Assembly: GCA_964019335.1 (NCBI GenBank)
Contig: OZ025700.1
Span: 248,001 to 312,000 of the forward strand
From: Diplonema japonicum
Lineage: Eukaryota > Protista > Euglenozoa: Diplonemea
DNA length: 64,000 nt
Reading direction: 5' to 3'
Shown here piece after piece: positions 1 to 10,218 of this stretch. The notes below the pieces were generated by a model. That model was not told where the DNA came from and did no database searches. It was given only the letters and a program-made list of their open reading frames with translations. Every line of letters starts with the position of its first letter. Position 1 is the first letter of the stretch. Both the position numbers and the translations under genes were made by a program.

Positions 1-3000
1 CGACTAAACTGTCGCCTGCGCCGTATGTTCGGTGAAGGAGTGGGAGGGATTGTTCTAAGAGATCTGCGGAATAAGCAGGGCATCGGATGTGCAGGTTCAT
101 GGCCACGTGGTACATTGTCCGTGCGTGGGTGACGTCTGATACTTGTTTTGAAACCTCGATCGCTGTGTCGAAATATAGCATTTTCTTCGTTGCCGCCGAC
201 GCCCTGCCCATCGTTAGCAGCCTGCCCACCGTTTCCCAAGCCGGTTTCCCGCCGTTTCTGAACATGTTCTTGTTAATTTGTTCCACGTACCCGGTTTGCC
301 CACTGCTCCTTGATATTTCTTTGTCTTCCAAACTTATCACCTTCGTCACGCATCGGAACGCTATGACATCCGGGCACGATTTCTCCGTCTCAGAAGGTTT
401 CAAAGACAACGGCGGGTTGAGCTGAAGCCCGGCTAGACCGGCGATTCTGCGAACGAGTCTTTCCATGCTGATGTTTTGCCGCACCTTCGCAGGGGTTTCC
501 TCGTACTTCTCCTTCACGAACGGGAGGAACTCGATGGACCAGAATTGTTGGCTCTGCAGGTCCGTTCCACAAAGAAGTTTCAGCAACCTATTGACGTCCT
601 GCAAAGGGTGCTTCGACGAGAAGACCGTGGTGCATACAAGGTCCTTGAAAGCCCTTCCCAGAATCTCCTCGTTTAGAATTTCGATCGCCGCAAACCCGCC
701 TTTTTTTACAAAGGTGTTCTCGTCTGGTTCTTGCCCTGTTGCGGTTGTCTGGAGTTGGATCTTGGGCTTCACCAGCCCATCGTGACGGTGCTGCTTCCCA
801 ACACGGATCCCTCTTGTGTGTTGCGTTGGGGTTCCCTTCACAAAGGCGTGCTGTTTCACATTGTCTGAATACGCGTATTTTTCTACCATAGCGCTGAGGA
901 CGCCCAGCTGGTGACACGTCATTCCCTTGTCTTTGATAAACTTCAGTAATGACCCTCCATCCATCTCCGACAAGGCCAGCGTGCTTGTATTTATCTCGCT
1001 GGCAAGGTCTGGTACAACCGACGCGTAAAGCCGTTTCCACACCTTGGCAGCTTTTCGATCCGCCTGTCCTCGGAGGTACATAGGAGCGAAGGGGTAGTAC
1101 GCGCAAGAAAGCAACGGGTATGGCGATGTTTTAAGCACCTTCGGACCCAGCCTTCTAACCGTGGATTCGTTGCGAGGAGGCTGGCATGGGAGTAGATTTG
1201 ACGCTTGTGTGATGTACAGCCTGTGGTGTTCAGGGTCTTTCCGTACTTCAACGGCCAATCCAGCAACCTCCACTGTTCCAATGGGGTTTGTCTCGACGCT
1301 GGTTTTGGATGATGTGAAATCTGTTGAGTTGCGTGTTCTGGAGGCGTTGAGGTGTCTGACGTCCAACGACGATGTTTCGCAAGTAGAAGAAGACCTCTCG
1401 TTTAAAGATGTGAGATGTCTGAAATTTCGCACCGCGCGCACGCCTGGCTTTATCTTCCCCTTCTCGTACACGGTCACGGAGAACTCCGTGAGATTGAACT
1501 CCTGGCCGACGTGGCGAAGCATCGCTACTGCATCGTCTTCCGGTTTCAAACACATCCCGCATGATACATATCTCGCCTCTTTGAATGTTTCCGTGTAGTC
1601 GTCTTTGCTTTCTTGTTTGGGGAGAAGGGTCAGTATGATCTTTGTCGAGGACGATGGGAGATATTCTTCCTCGTGAGTAATTTTGATGTCTTTCGTTGGA
1701 GGGGCTTGCTGAAGCTGCCCCCCCGCATGTAGGTCCTCATCAACAGTAATCGAACACGACACGAATAGACGGTGTCCTTTATAAGACACCACGCAGCACA
1801 ACGGTACCGAAGCTAAGTTCGTCCGTGCGACGCCTTGCAAGGCTCTCAGTTCTACCTTCGCGGCCTTCATGGCAAGCAGTGTTGACCCGTGAAACTGCAC
1901 GGCTTGCGGGTTGGTTACCAATTTGTAACTGATACCGTTGACGTAGTACTGCCACTTTCTTCCAACGATTGGGTTGATGCGCTTGTACCCTACAGGATGC
2001 TCGACATCGTCCACAATGGTTTTGCACACGGGCGTCGCAACATTCGTGAAACGTTGGTTAAGATCTGTGAGCAGCTCTGCTTTGTGCTGCGGGTTGCACG
2101 ACAATTCGAGGATATGCTGGAACTCTTCATTAAGCGAGACACCAAGCGATGATTCTTGATCGTGTGACCTTGGTAGGGAAGCCTTATATGGAATAGTGAG
2201 TGACCGTTTGGGCAGAACCCGACGTACTCTTGGATAGCTGCGTGATCTGCGGGGTTTCTTTAAGTCGAATCTTTTCGGGTTCACATTGATACGAACGACG
2301 TCGCAGGGCTGGTGGCCTTCCTTCTCTATTTCGATTGCGTTCAGCGTCGTTCTGAACTGGCTCTTCCAGCTCGACACGGATTTTGTGTACCACTGCTGTG
2401 CGGTCTGCCGTTCGCTCACCTCTTCGAGAACAACCAGTTGTATTTCATGGTATAGGATGATCTCCCCATGCAATGCTGCTTCCATGCCCGACACAAGCTT
2501 TCTTGCTGCAGGCTCCCAGGTCTCCGTTGAGACCAGCACTTCATTGTGCTCCTCCTCTTCGATCAGCCGTCTCTCGTGGCCCTCGCCCTGCGTGCATGAG
2601 TCATATGCCCCACCAGAAAGCCTTATTTTGTTCTCGTCGTAGCGCTTCTCACGCGCCTGTGCGGCAATGCACGAGCTTGCCAACAACGATTTTCTGATGT
2701 TCAACGGTGTTTGCAGCTTCTCCTGTGCCCCGTAGATCGCCGACTTTTTCCGTTCTTGTCCTAGATTCGTCAACCGTGCGCACACAACATGCCGCGGGCT
2801 GGCTGCGAATAGGACAGGCTTGTTTGGACTCAACGTGCGCGAGAAAACGTTCATTCTCTTCAAGACGTTCACCTTGCGCACGACACGTTCAGTGAGCATG
2901 TCCTCCGATTCGTGTGTTACCTCCACCTTTTTGCAATTCAGACTCTTTGTTGAATCCTTCGGTTCGGGGAAATAGTAGTCTCCCTCAGATGTCAGTTCGA

Positions 3001-6000
3001 TCAGCCGTGCCTCGTCCAGTTCCAGCTCCTCGGGGTGCATCTCCCTCATGACGCTTTGAAGTGTTTTTTGAAAGGCTGCATCGTCGACATCGAACACGTC
3101 GCTGTACGTACGGGCACGCAGCGCCAGCTCCTTCAAGGAAAGGGTCCGTTCGGGGATCGCTTCCAAGAAGGACAGCACGAGTTCTTTCTTCAACTGGTTG
3201 ATTCGCCGCATGCGGCTTGCGGTGTGTTTGAAGTCAGCAGCCAGCCCAGGATGGAAGCAACGCGGCCCGATCCCCAGAGCATCACCCGCCCCGTGAAGCG
3301 TTGTAAGCAAATTCCATGTTGTCGTGTTCAACATAATGACAGAGGACTCCGTCCCAACGAACAGCGTGCAGCCCTGCTTGGGGATGTACTTCAACACCGT
3401 GATACAGTTCTCGCAACAGCGGACCGTCTTCACCTTCTTGACTGCCTCCGGGCCAACGGTCTGCGTCTCGTCAGAGATTTCAGAAAGGTCGTAAATTTGC
3501 AAGTACCCAACCTCATCACCTGTGAACATCCTCCGCTCCTTCAGGTCCACCTCGATGGCGTAGATGGCTTCCTGGTCGCCGTACACGCCACTCCAGGTCA
3601 GCACTTGTTCTAAGTTTTTTACGTTCCAAATCTTCAGCAACCCGCTACCTTCAGAGGACACGACAAGTCCCCGTGTCCACGGTAGCCACACCATGCATTC
3701 CATCCGCCGTCCCAGGTTAAAGATAGATGCTTGGATGCCCTCCTGTACAAGAGATTTACGCAAAAAAGGCGGAGCCCCGTAAATGGTATCCCTCGCCTTG
3801 TGCAGAGCGTTCTCGGCGTTGATAATGAACTGCGGCACGGGTGGGTGGATGGGACCGGTGCGGAGAGACACAAAAGCATCTGCACCTGTCGTCACGGCGA
3901 GCCGGCACCGTGGGGACGAATGGATGGTGTCCAGGCACAGCACTGCGCACTTCCCCGTAGTGCTTCCGAGTACCACAGAAGTGTCTACTAAAGTCAAGCA
4001 CGCTGCCCCGCCTATGGCCCGCAGGGATATAACTTTCCAAACATAGTTTGAGGGTTCGGAATCTCTGTAGATACGGACTGTGTTTGACCCAGCGACGATG
4101 ATCAGCCGTAAAGGATCGGTATCCTCCTGTTTGGCCATCGTGACGAAGGCAACGCCTGCGTCGTTGTACCCAACGTCTGAGGTACCTGCTTCGTGAGGAA
4201 TGAACTGTCGCAGCAACTGCCCGCTCCCACAGTTCCACACCTGGACACCAGAGTTCTCCGTGCTCGCTACCACCAAGCGTCTCTCGTCAGAGTCAAGACA
4301 GACCCCGGCAGCACCACCAGCAACATCAATGTTCATCGTCGGCTGCAATGACCCGAAGTCCCACAGGCTGATCCGTGTGCTGGATGCTGTGATGATCTGG
4401 TTGAACTTCTTGCTAAAGATAACATGGGTGATGTCTTGCCGTGTTTTTTGAGTGGTGCTCAACCCCAAAGCAGTCCGGCGAACCACACGAAGCATGGGCC
4501 GTTTGAACAGTTTCGTGTCCGCGGTGATGATTGTGTCACGTCGGGGATCGTACATCAAGGCTCCCACGGGCGTCGAGGTTCCCATCTTAATGCGTTCCTT
4601 CTCCTGTTGGATGACCCTGTAGGTGCGGACGTCCCATATGCGAATGATGTCGTCTGTTGCTAAGGTGATGATCTGGTTGTCGGAAGAGTTGAATTCAGCA
4701 GCGACGATCCGTCCCATGTGCCTGGACAGGGCAGCGAGGGGTGTCGGGACGAAGGGGTTCCACACCAAGGCGTGTCGTTCGAGTCCCACGCTTACGATCA
4801 TTTTGTGCTCGGACGAGTAGTCAAGAGAGAGGACACCTTTTTGATGCCGTGTGATGGGGCCCACGTCCTGCACATTCGAAGAGCACCCGTGCAGTGTCTT
4901 GAGCACGACGCCCTTCTCGATATGAACCACGTGAATGTCGGAGTCCATACCCGCGGTGATGACACAGTCCTTGTCCTGCACTGCTTGGATCGATGTGACA
5001 GCGGTCTTGTGAAACCCCCATTGCAGTTTACTTTCGCAGGTGGTGCGGCGTTTTGTGTCTTCGTTAACGTCGAACACACGGACAACACCATCGAGATGCC
5101 CAGTGAGCAGCAGCTCAGACTGGCTGCCTGATGACCGATAGTGACCAAGCCCCCTCACAGGGACCACCATCTCCGGAGCGACGGTGACTTCAAACGTGTC
5201 GAACACCTTCTCTGCAGCCCACATTCTCTGGAGAAGGTCTCCGCCTTTGCGCTGCAAAAGCTCAGTGACGTTGGTACCCTTGGGTTGCCTTTGTGGAGTT
5301 CTTTGCGTCATTTTTGGTATCCGAAACTGCCGCCTCGTCGTAACATCAAGACTAGCCGAGGGCATTGGCCTCCGCTTACCCTTAAGAGAAAGACGAAGCT
5401 TTCCTGTTTTACAGTGATACAACGTAACAAGAGAATCGATGGTGCTCACAGCTAAGAGGTCAGATTTCGGAAGGATGACCATATCGCTGCAGCACGTGGT
5501 GCCGTTGTGGATGGTGGATTGGTATTCAAGGCTGCCTGAAGACCAGCATTTGACGGAGCCGTCCTCGGACGCTGTGTAGTAGCGGTCCATGGTGGGGTGT
5601 TGCTTGATCTTCGTGATTTTACTTTTGTGGTACACCTCCTTCTGTTGCCGCAAGGGACGCAGACAGCTCGATTTGAACCGCCTCCCGCAGTCGTTGTACC
5701 TCACAGAATCGTTCACAGTCAAGGCACTGAAGTACTCTGCTAGCTCGTACCAATCAATGGCTCCTGAGGCGTTCGCATCGATGTGTAGAAACAGCCGTTC
5801 AAGGTCGCTGTTGTCTATCTCCACATTGTCATTGCTGACAACCGCCCGGAAGGCCTTAATGAACTCTTCGAGGGTGAGCTCCTGCGCTTCGTTTCCCTTG
5901 TAAAAGAAATCTTCGACAAGTTTCTGCAGTTCATCGACTTCCAAGATCTCCAACCCAGTCCCGTACCCCCGAGCAGGAACTGCATCATCATTGTCGGTCT

Positions 6001-6010
6001 CGGATTCCAT
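1..6010 (-). CDS. Large (>2000 aa, C-terminus outside window) EF-hand + WD40-repeat protein (WDR49/WDR64/EFCAB8-like N-half) with CLU-like and TPR-like C-half
   Basis: Absent from the ORF track, consistent with an open frame to the window edge; segments I translated by hand were open. ATG at 6010 follows a pyrimidine tract+AG. N-terminus MESETDND...LTLEEFIKAF...LFLHIDANASGAIDWYEL (EF-hand); WD-type repeats at about 3200-5650; KDPEHHRLYITQASNLLP, GMTCHQLGVL, EILGRAFKDL and FWSIEFLPFVKEKY resemble the CLU domain. Confidence 0.8.
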   Translation of the reverse strand, partial: MESETDNDDAVPARGYGTGLEILEVDELQKLVEDFFYKGNEAQELTLEEFIKAFRAVVSNDNVEIDNSDLERLFLHIDANASGAIDWYELAEYFSALTVNDSVRYNDCGRRFKSSCLRPLRQQKEVYHKSKITKIKQHPTMDRYYTASEDGSVKCWSSGSLEYQSTIHNGTTCCSDMVILPKSDLLAVSTIDSLVTLYHCKTGKLRLSLKGKRRPMPSASLDVTTRRQFRIPKMTQRTPQRQPKGTNVTELLQRKGGDLLQRMWAAEKVFDTFEVTVAPEMVVPVRGLGHYRSSGSQSELLLTGHLDGVVRVFDVNEDTKRRTTCESKLQWGFHKTAVTSIQAVQDKDCVITAGMDSDIHVVHIEKGVVLKTLHGCSSNVQDVGPITRHQKGVLSLDYSSEHKMIVSVGLERHALVWNPFVPTPLAALSRHMGRIVAAEFNSSDNQIITLATDDIIRIWDVRTYRVIQQEKERIKMGTSTPVGALMYDPRRDTIITADTKLFKRPMLRVVRRTALGLSTTQKTRQDITHVIFSKKFNQIITASSTRISLWDFGSLQPTMNIDVAGGAAGVCLDSDERRLVVASTENSGVQVWNCGSGQLLRQFIPHEAGTSDVGYNDAGVAFVTMAKQEDTDPLRLIIVAGSNTVRIYRDSEPSNYVWKVISLRAIGGAACLTLVDTSVVLGSTTGKCAVLCLDTIHSSPRCRLAVTTGADAFVSLRTGPIHPPVPQFIINAENALHKARDTIYGAPPFLRKSLVQEGIQASIFNLGRRMECMVWLPWTRGLVVSSEGSGLLKIWNVKNLEQVLTWSGVYGDQEAIYAIEVDLKERRMFTGDEVGYLQIYDLSEISDETQTVGPEAVKKVKTVRCCENCITVLKYIPKQGCTLFVGTESSVIMLNTTTWNLLTTLHGAGDALGIGPRCFHPGLAADFKHTASRMRRINQLKKELVLSFLEAIPERTLSLKELALRARTYSDVFDVDDAAFQKTLQSVMREMHPEELELDEARLIELTSEGDYYFPEPKDSTKSLNCKKVEVTHESEDMLTERVVRKVNVLKRMNVFSRTLSPNKPVLFAASPRHVVCARLTNLGQERKKSAIYGAQEKLQTPLNIRKSLLASSCIAAQAREKRYDENKIRLSGGAYDSCTQGEGHERRLIEEEEHNEVLVSTETWEPAARKLVSGMEAALHGEIILYHEIQLVVLEEVSERQTAQQWYTKSVSSWKSQFRTTLNAIEIEKEGHQPCDVVRINVNPKRFDLKKPRRSRSYPRVRRVLPKRSLTIPYKASLPRSHDQESSLGVSLNEEFQHILELSCNPQHKAELLTDLNQRFTNVATPVCKTIVDDVEHPVGYKRINPIVGRKWQYYVNGISYKLVTNPQAVQFHGSTLLAMKAAKVELRALQGVARTNLASVPLCCVVSYKGHRLFVSCSITVDEDLHAGGQLQQAPPTKDIKITHEEEYLPSSSTKIILTLLPKQESKDDYTETFKEARYVSCGMCLKPEDDAVAMLRHVGQEFNLTEFSVTVYEKGKIKPGVRAVRNFRHLTSLNERSSSTCETSSLDVRHLNASRTRNSTDFTSSKTSVETNPIGTVEVAGLAVEVRKDPEHHRLYITQASNLLPCQPPRNESTVRRLGPKVLKTSPYPLLSCAYYPFAPMYLRGQADRKAAKVWKRLYASVVPDLASEINTSTLALSEMDGGSLLKFIKDKGMTCHQLGVLSAMVEKYAYSDNVKQHAFVKGTPTQHTRGIRVGKQHRHDGLVKPKIQLQTTATGQEPDENTFVKKGGFAAIEILNEEILGRAFKDLVCTTVFSSKHPLQDVNRLLKLLCGTDLQSQQFWSIEFLPFVKEKYEETPAKVRQNISMERLVRRIAGLAGLQLNPPLSLKPSETEKSCPDVIAFRCVTKVISLEDKEISRSSGQTGYVEQINKNMFRNGGKPAWETVGRLLTMGRASAATKKMLYFDTAIEVSKQVSDVTHARTMYHVAMNLHIRCPAYSADLLEQSLPLLHRTYGAGDSLV

Positions 6011-6082
6011 ATGCCCACCTGGGAAATAAAAAATATCGATGTGGTGGTAAAACATGGGGGGGGGGGGGGGATAATATATAGT

Positions 6083-7369
6083 CTAGTGTTTTAAATGAAA
6101 GATTTCTAGATCTAGTACATTGAAGGTTGTTCGTTCCTCTGGGAGGACGCAGCCTTTGTAGCTGTGCATCGATCGGCAGATTCCTTTCCGCAGTTTCTTG
6201 TCGATGTTGAGGTCGTGTCCTCCACCGAAGGTAGGCCCGTACTGTTTAGACGCGACAATGGCATACTGGGCCTTCGACGGCTTGACCTTGATGGTAGCCA
6301 CATCACCCGAAACACATGTGAACAAGAATGCTGCAGGCGATTCGACATAATATGGCTTTGCCACTTCCGACCACGCAACAGGACCTGTGTACCCACCAAG
6401 GACATCACCCTGTACGCTTCGTATGACTGTAAGCGTGCTTGCCTTGTCCTTCACCGCAGAATGGAACGTGTCGCCGTGGTTTTTTTCCCGTCTTGATTTA
6501 CTGAAGATTAGTTCCGCTGCCATGTAATGCCATGGAAGGCTCCGCACTAGCTGCTTCTCGTGTTTGTCCGACAAGATGTACGAGTCGAGAAATCGGAGAC
6601 CGGCCACCCTTTCTGACCATGGATCATGGCCCTTCACAGGTACCTTTATCCCTCTAGGTACGGTGTTTAAATACGGGTTCAAACACTCTTTGAGAATCTT
6701 CACTGTTTTCAGAATCTGGACCACTTGGACCGGACGGACCTGTTCTGGTGAGAAAATAGTGGTCGTTAGTAATGACAGTCTTGGGATGGGGTCGGCGTTG
6801 ATGTCCACTCCAGGTGTCGATGCTGCGGGGCTGTCCAAACCTAAAATAGGGGAACAGGAATTGGACCTTATGGAATGCGACCGAATAGTGTTGCTCTCAG
6901 GGCTTTCGCTACCAAGATCCGACAGAAAGTCCGAGAAGTTCACCCCGGTTTGAGGTGAAGGTATATCGGTCCCTTTGGCGTTGGCGGCCTTCAGGTGTAA
7001 TAGTTCTCTCACCACAGCCAATTTGTCGGCCGTGCTTTCTGAACCGATTTCCTTCAAAGCAGCCCGCATTGATTCTTGATATTCACGCTCAATCTTGGAC
7101 ACATAAAGCTCCCTTGACGCTTGTATGTCTTGAATTGCCTTCTGCAAGGTCTCTTCCCTTTCGTCCTGATCGATCGCCTTCAACAGTTTATGTGCGTCGG
7201 CCTTCAGCCTTGCTATGTTCTCGCACACGTAGGCAACTACAGTGTGCTCTTTGAAGCATCTTTTCGTGTGGAGGTCTTCGCTGCATTCTGAGCAGAGCCT
7301 TGCTTTGCACTCCATGCACCACACGGAGGGGGACACCGCACTGCAGAACCCGCATAAGAGGGATGTCAT
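6083..7369 (-). CDS. B-box zinc finger + coiled coil + TLDc domain protein
   Basis: N-terminal CxxC...CxxC...LCxxC...H...H B-box; C-terminal TLDc motifs FHSAVKDKASTLTVI, GGYT, AFLF, GPTFGGGHDL, LEIF. Confidence 0.9.
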   Translation of the reverse strand: MTSLLCGFCSAVSPSVWCMECKARLCSECSEDLHTKRCFKEHTVVAYVCENIARLKADAHKLLKAIDQDEREETLQKAIQDIQASRELYVSKIEREYQESMRAALKEIGSESTADKLAVVRELLHLKAANAKGTDIPSPQTGVNFSDFLSDLGSESPESNTIRSHSIRSNSCSPILGLDSPAASTPGVDINADPIPRLSLLTTTIFSPEQVRPVQVVQILKTVKILKECLNPYLNTVPRGIKVPVKGHDPWSERVAGLRFLDSYILSDKHEKQLVRSLPWHYMAAELIFSKSRREKNHGDTFHSAVKDKASTLTVIRSVQGDVLGGYTGPVAWSEVAKPYYVESPAAFLFTCVSGDVATIKVKPSKAQYAIVASKQYGPTFGGGHDLNIDKKLRKGICRSMHSYKGCVLPEERTTFNVLDLEIFHLKH

Positions 7370-7483
7370 TTCTTTTTTTTTTTTTTCTCTCTCTTTTTCT
7401 TCGCCCTCTTCTTTACTTCATCCCTTTTAAAAAAAAAGATTCAAAAAGCAATGGGCTTGAAACAAAAAAAGAAAATACTGGGG

Positions 7484-7514
<31 letters not shown>

Positions 7515-7582
7515 CATTCATTTCCCTCATAAAAGGAAGCCGGACCTACCCATAGGCCGTGTAAATAAAATATTATAAAAAA

Positions 7583-7616
<34 letters not shown>

Positions 7617-7626
7617 AGATTAATTG

Positions 7627-9306
7627 TCAACCGCACAGCAAACTGAGAAGCTCGTGCAAAATCGCGTCCTGCACGTAACCGACGTGGTGGTTGTGATCGG
7701 GGGAGAGGTGGATCAGAGGGATGGACGGTGCAAATGTGTCGACAAACGAGATGTTCTTTGAAACCATGACCCGAGCAGTTTCATCATTGAAGAGGGCGAT
7801 CCGAGGATTCGTACGGTACTCTCCCTTGAGCTTCGCAAACCGACGTTGATTCGGCGGGTATGCTGGCATTGACATCCAAATAGGAAACCGCACTGTGGAG
7901 AGCTCAGAGGCAACACGCGACACAGCGTTGGAGTACTTTTTGAAGGACCACCTCCCTACGTTGAGGATCTCTTTTTGCTGAGCGTCCTTTCCCCCGCCCC
8001 CCAACGCCCAGGAACCGAAGCCCGCCGCCACCGTATCGTACTTCTTACCCAAATCGCTCATTTTATACTTCTCCAGGTAAATATCGTTGTACAGATCAAG
8101 CGTTGTGTTCTTCCCGACCACTTTTGCGATTCCGTTCATAAGCTTCACACCCGGGTCCATTTCGGTTTCGTTTGGTGATAGAAAATTCACCATTTTAACA
8201 TACGTCACCCTGTTATGGGAATCACCGATGAAGGCCACGCGTCTGTTTTTAAGACATTCCGCGGCTTTTTCGTAGTCAATCTTCGGTAGGTAACAGCCAG
8301 CAGGACGCCAGGTGAACAGCTGGGTTATATTGAATCTTTCAAAATGCGTGAATTGTTTTTCAGGAGGAAGCGTTGGAGCAACGGCAGTCGAAACCCATTT
8401 TGAACCACCGTCAAGGTACCGAAGACCGGATCGACAGGGTTTCGCCGGTTTTTTTACTTTTTGCGCCTTGTCATCACGAGTGCATGTTAAGCGGTGGACT
8501 GCCACTAAGGTGAACTGGTCCCAGATGTAGTTTTTTGACGATCGAAATGACCCGCTTTTCAAGACCTTCCCGTGAATGGGGTGGTTGTAATGCCAGATGT
8601 TCTTCTCGGGGTCTGGGTGTTCAGCTCCTTCTATGACCCTACCCTTTGTTCCCCTCCTTGATTCGTTCGTTCTTAGCAACTGCAGCCTTGCCATCACAGG
8701 TGTAGTCGTTGACATTTCGTCAAATGCTTTATGGTTTTCGTACCATACCTCCGCTTCAATGCGATAGACGCCTGAGGGTAGTACAAACTGTGCAGTGTAC
8801 TCGCAGGGCTTTTCGTGGTACAGAATTTTGGGTAGTATTATGCTGGGGCCGATGAGGCGGATTCTTAAGGAGGACGGGCCGGTTTTTTTGAGCTTTTCGA
8901 TGAGGGGTTGGGATTTCGTTGCCTTTTCTGGGTTGTTCTCGCACTTGTCGTGGCGGGTGTCTTTGATTATGAACCGGCCTTCGCACCCCGATGTGCCGTG
9001 GGAGGTGCACAGTCTTGTCGTTACCCCGCTGTTCTTTACAGCGGGGTCCAGTTCTTGGCAGGTTTCCTCCCTTTCGGTGTGTTCATCGATTTCGGACCAT
9101 CTGTCAGAATTTAGTTGCAGAATCTCTGGTGTGGGTGGGGTTTTGCTTGAAACTTGAACAAATGGCTCATGTGGGGCAGTGCCACCATCGCCGCCGTTGC
9201 CGCCCGGCATCTCCGGAGTGGTTATGTCGTCTGATCTCGAGCCCCATACCAGCACTCTTGCCACAAACAGTAAACATCCTGTAAAGACCCAGAAAATTCG
9301 TTTCAT
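7627..9306 (-). CDS. Type II membrane SGNH/PC-esterase-like (NXPE/Cas1p-like) acyl-esterase or acyltransferase
   Basis: True start probably MKRIFW at 9306 (upstream part of the ORF is homopolymer). N-terminal TM, W-x-P-x-x-C, CLKNRRVAFIGDSH, C-terminal DxxH (DHNH). Confidence 0.8.
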   Translation of the reverse strand: MKRIFWVFTGCLLFVARVLVWGSRSDDITTPEMPGGNGGDGGTAPHEPFVQVSSKTPPTPEILQLNSDRWSEIDEHTEREETCQELDPAVKNSGVTTRLCTSHGTSGCEGRFIIKDTRHDKCENNPEKATKSQPLIEKLKKTGPSSLRIRLIGPSIILPKILYHEKPCEYTAQFVLPSGVYRIEAEVWYENHKAFDEMSTTTPVMARLQLLRTNESRRGTKGRVIEGAEHPDPEKNIWHYNHPIHGKVLKSGSFRSSKNYIWDQFTLVAVHRLTCTRDDKAQKVKKPAKPCRSGLRYLDGGSKWVSTAVAPTLPPEKQFTHFERFNITQLFTWRPAGCYLPKIDYEKAAECLKNRRVAFIGDSHNRVTYVKMVNFLSPNETEMDPGVKLMNGIAKVVGKNTTLDLYNDIYLEKYKMSDLGKKYDTVAAGFGSWALGGGGKDAQQKEILNVGRWSFKKYSNAVSRVASELSTVRFPIWMSMPAYPPNQRRFAKLKGEYRTNPRIALFNDETARVMVSKNISFVDTFAPSIPLIHLSPDHNHHVGYVQDAILHELLSLLCG

Positions 9307-9385
9307 TTTTTGTGCATTTTTTTTTTTTCCCCTTCTCCCGTGGGATACAACAAAAAAAAAAAATTGTGGGGGGAAAAAAAAAAAG

Positions 9386-9422
<37 letters not shown>

Positions 9423-9476
9423 CATGGTAGCAAGGAGGAATGCGCTTTTCTCCCAACATGATTTCTTTTTCATTTC

Positions 9477-9509
<33 letters not shown>

Positions 9510-9670
9510 CTGTAAGTATCTCTTTTTTTTTTTTTTTTTTTTCCTTTTTTCTCTCGTTCTCTTGTTTCCTCTTTAATTTACAGGATTTATCAAAGGAAAA
9601 AAAAAAAAAAAAGCAAAAAAGAGGGATTGGTGTGTGAGAAAGGGAGCGGAGTAGAAATAAAGGAAAACAA

Positions 9671-9997
9671 ATGGGGCTTTAATTGCAACACTAGGTGGCG
9701 TTAAGCGTGCAATGAAGCACGAACTACCTACTTGATTACAGGGGGCGCTCCTCGGCCGAGCAGTAGCTTCTTCTGCGTTCCGCGTCGTGTCCTTAATGCG
9801 TGCGGTGTGCTCAACCCTAGCCGGGGCGTCCCGGGTAACCAAGATTCTGCGCTCGTGCAGTTTGCTGCATGTTCGTCACCCTGAGCATCTGCGTTACGTT
9901 CTTCCACTCGGGCGCTACCGGTGATGACCGACGAGGAGGTCAACAGCGAACAACACATCTGATGTACTTCTTATATTTCCATGTTATCCCCACCACC
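9671..9997. repeat. 327-bp dispersed structured repeat, copy 1 (SINE-like or ncRNA)
   Basis: Direct repeat of 49549-49875 with 6 substitutions by eye and no indels. Confidence 0.9.
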
Positions 9998-10060
9998 TTA
10001 ACAAAATAAAGTGTGAAAAGATATGTCGTGCCATTTTTTTCGCATACCAATGGTCAAGTT

Positions 10061-10096
<36 letters not shown>

Positions 10097-10218
10097 CAAA
10101 TATAATAAAGAGAGCAGGGGAGGGAGGGGGCGAGTGAGGTACGTGTTAATTATGTGCTTGCGCGTTGTGTTTAAAAGGATTTTTTACCACAGGGAATCCT
10201 CTCCCCCTTTTTCATTAA

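Noticed and set aside
87-5903. Many short ORFs on both strands in the first 6 kb
   Set aside because: Shadows of the single long minus-strand WD40 gene.
9740-9890. HDV-like ribozyme (GGC-GCTCCTCG-GCC) or SRP helix-8-like motif in the 327-bp repeat
   Set aside because: The P1.1 GG and J4/2 elements are missing; the SRP-like motif has the wrong loop and no Alu domain.
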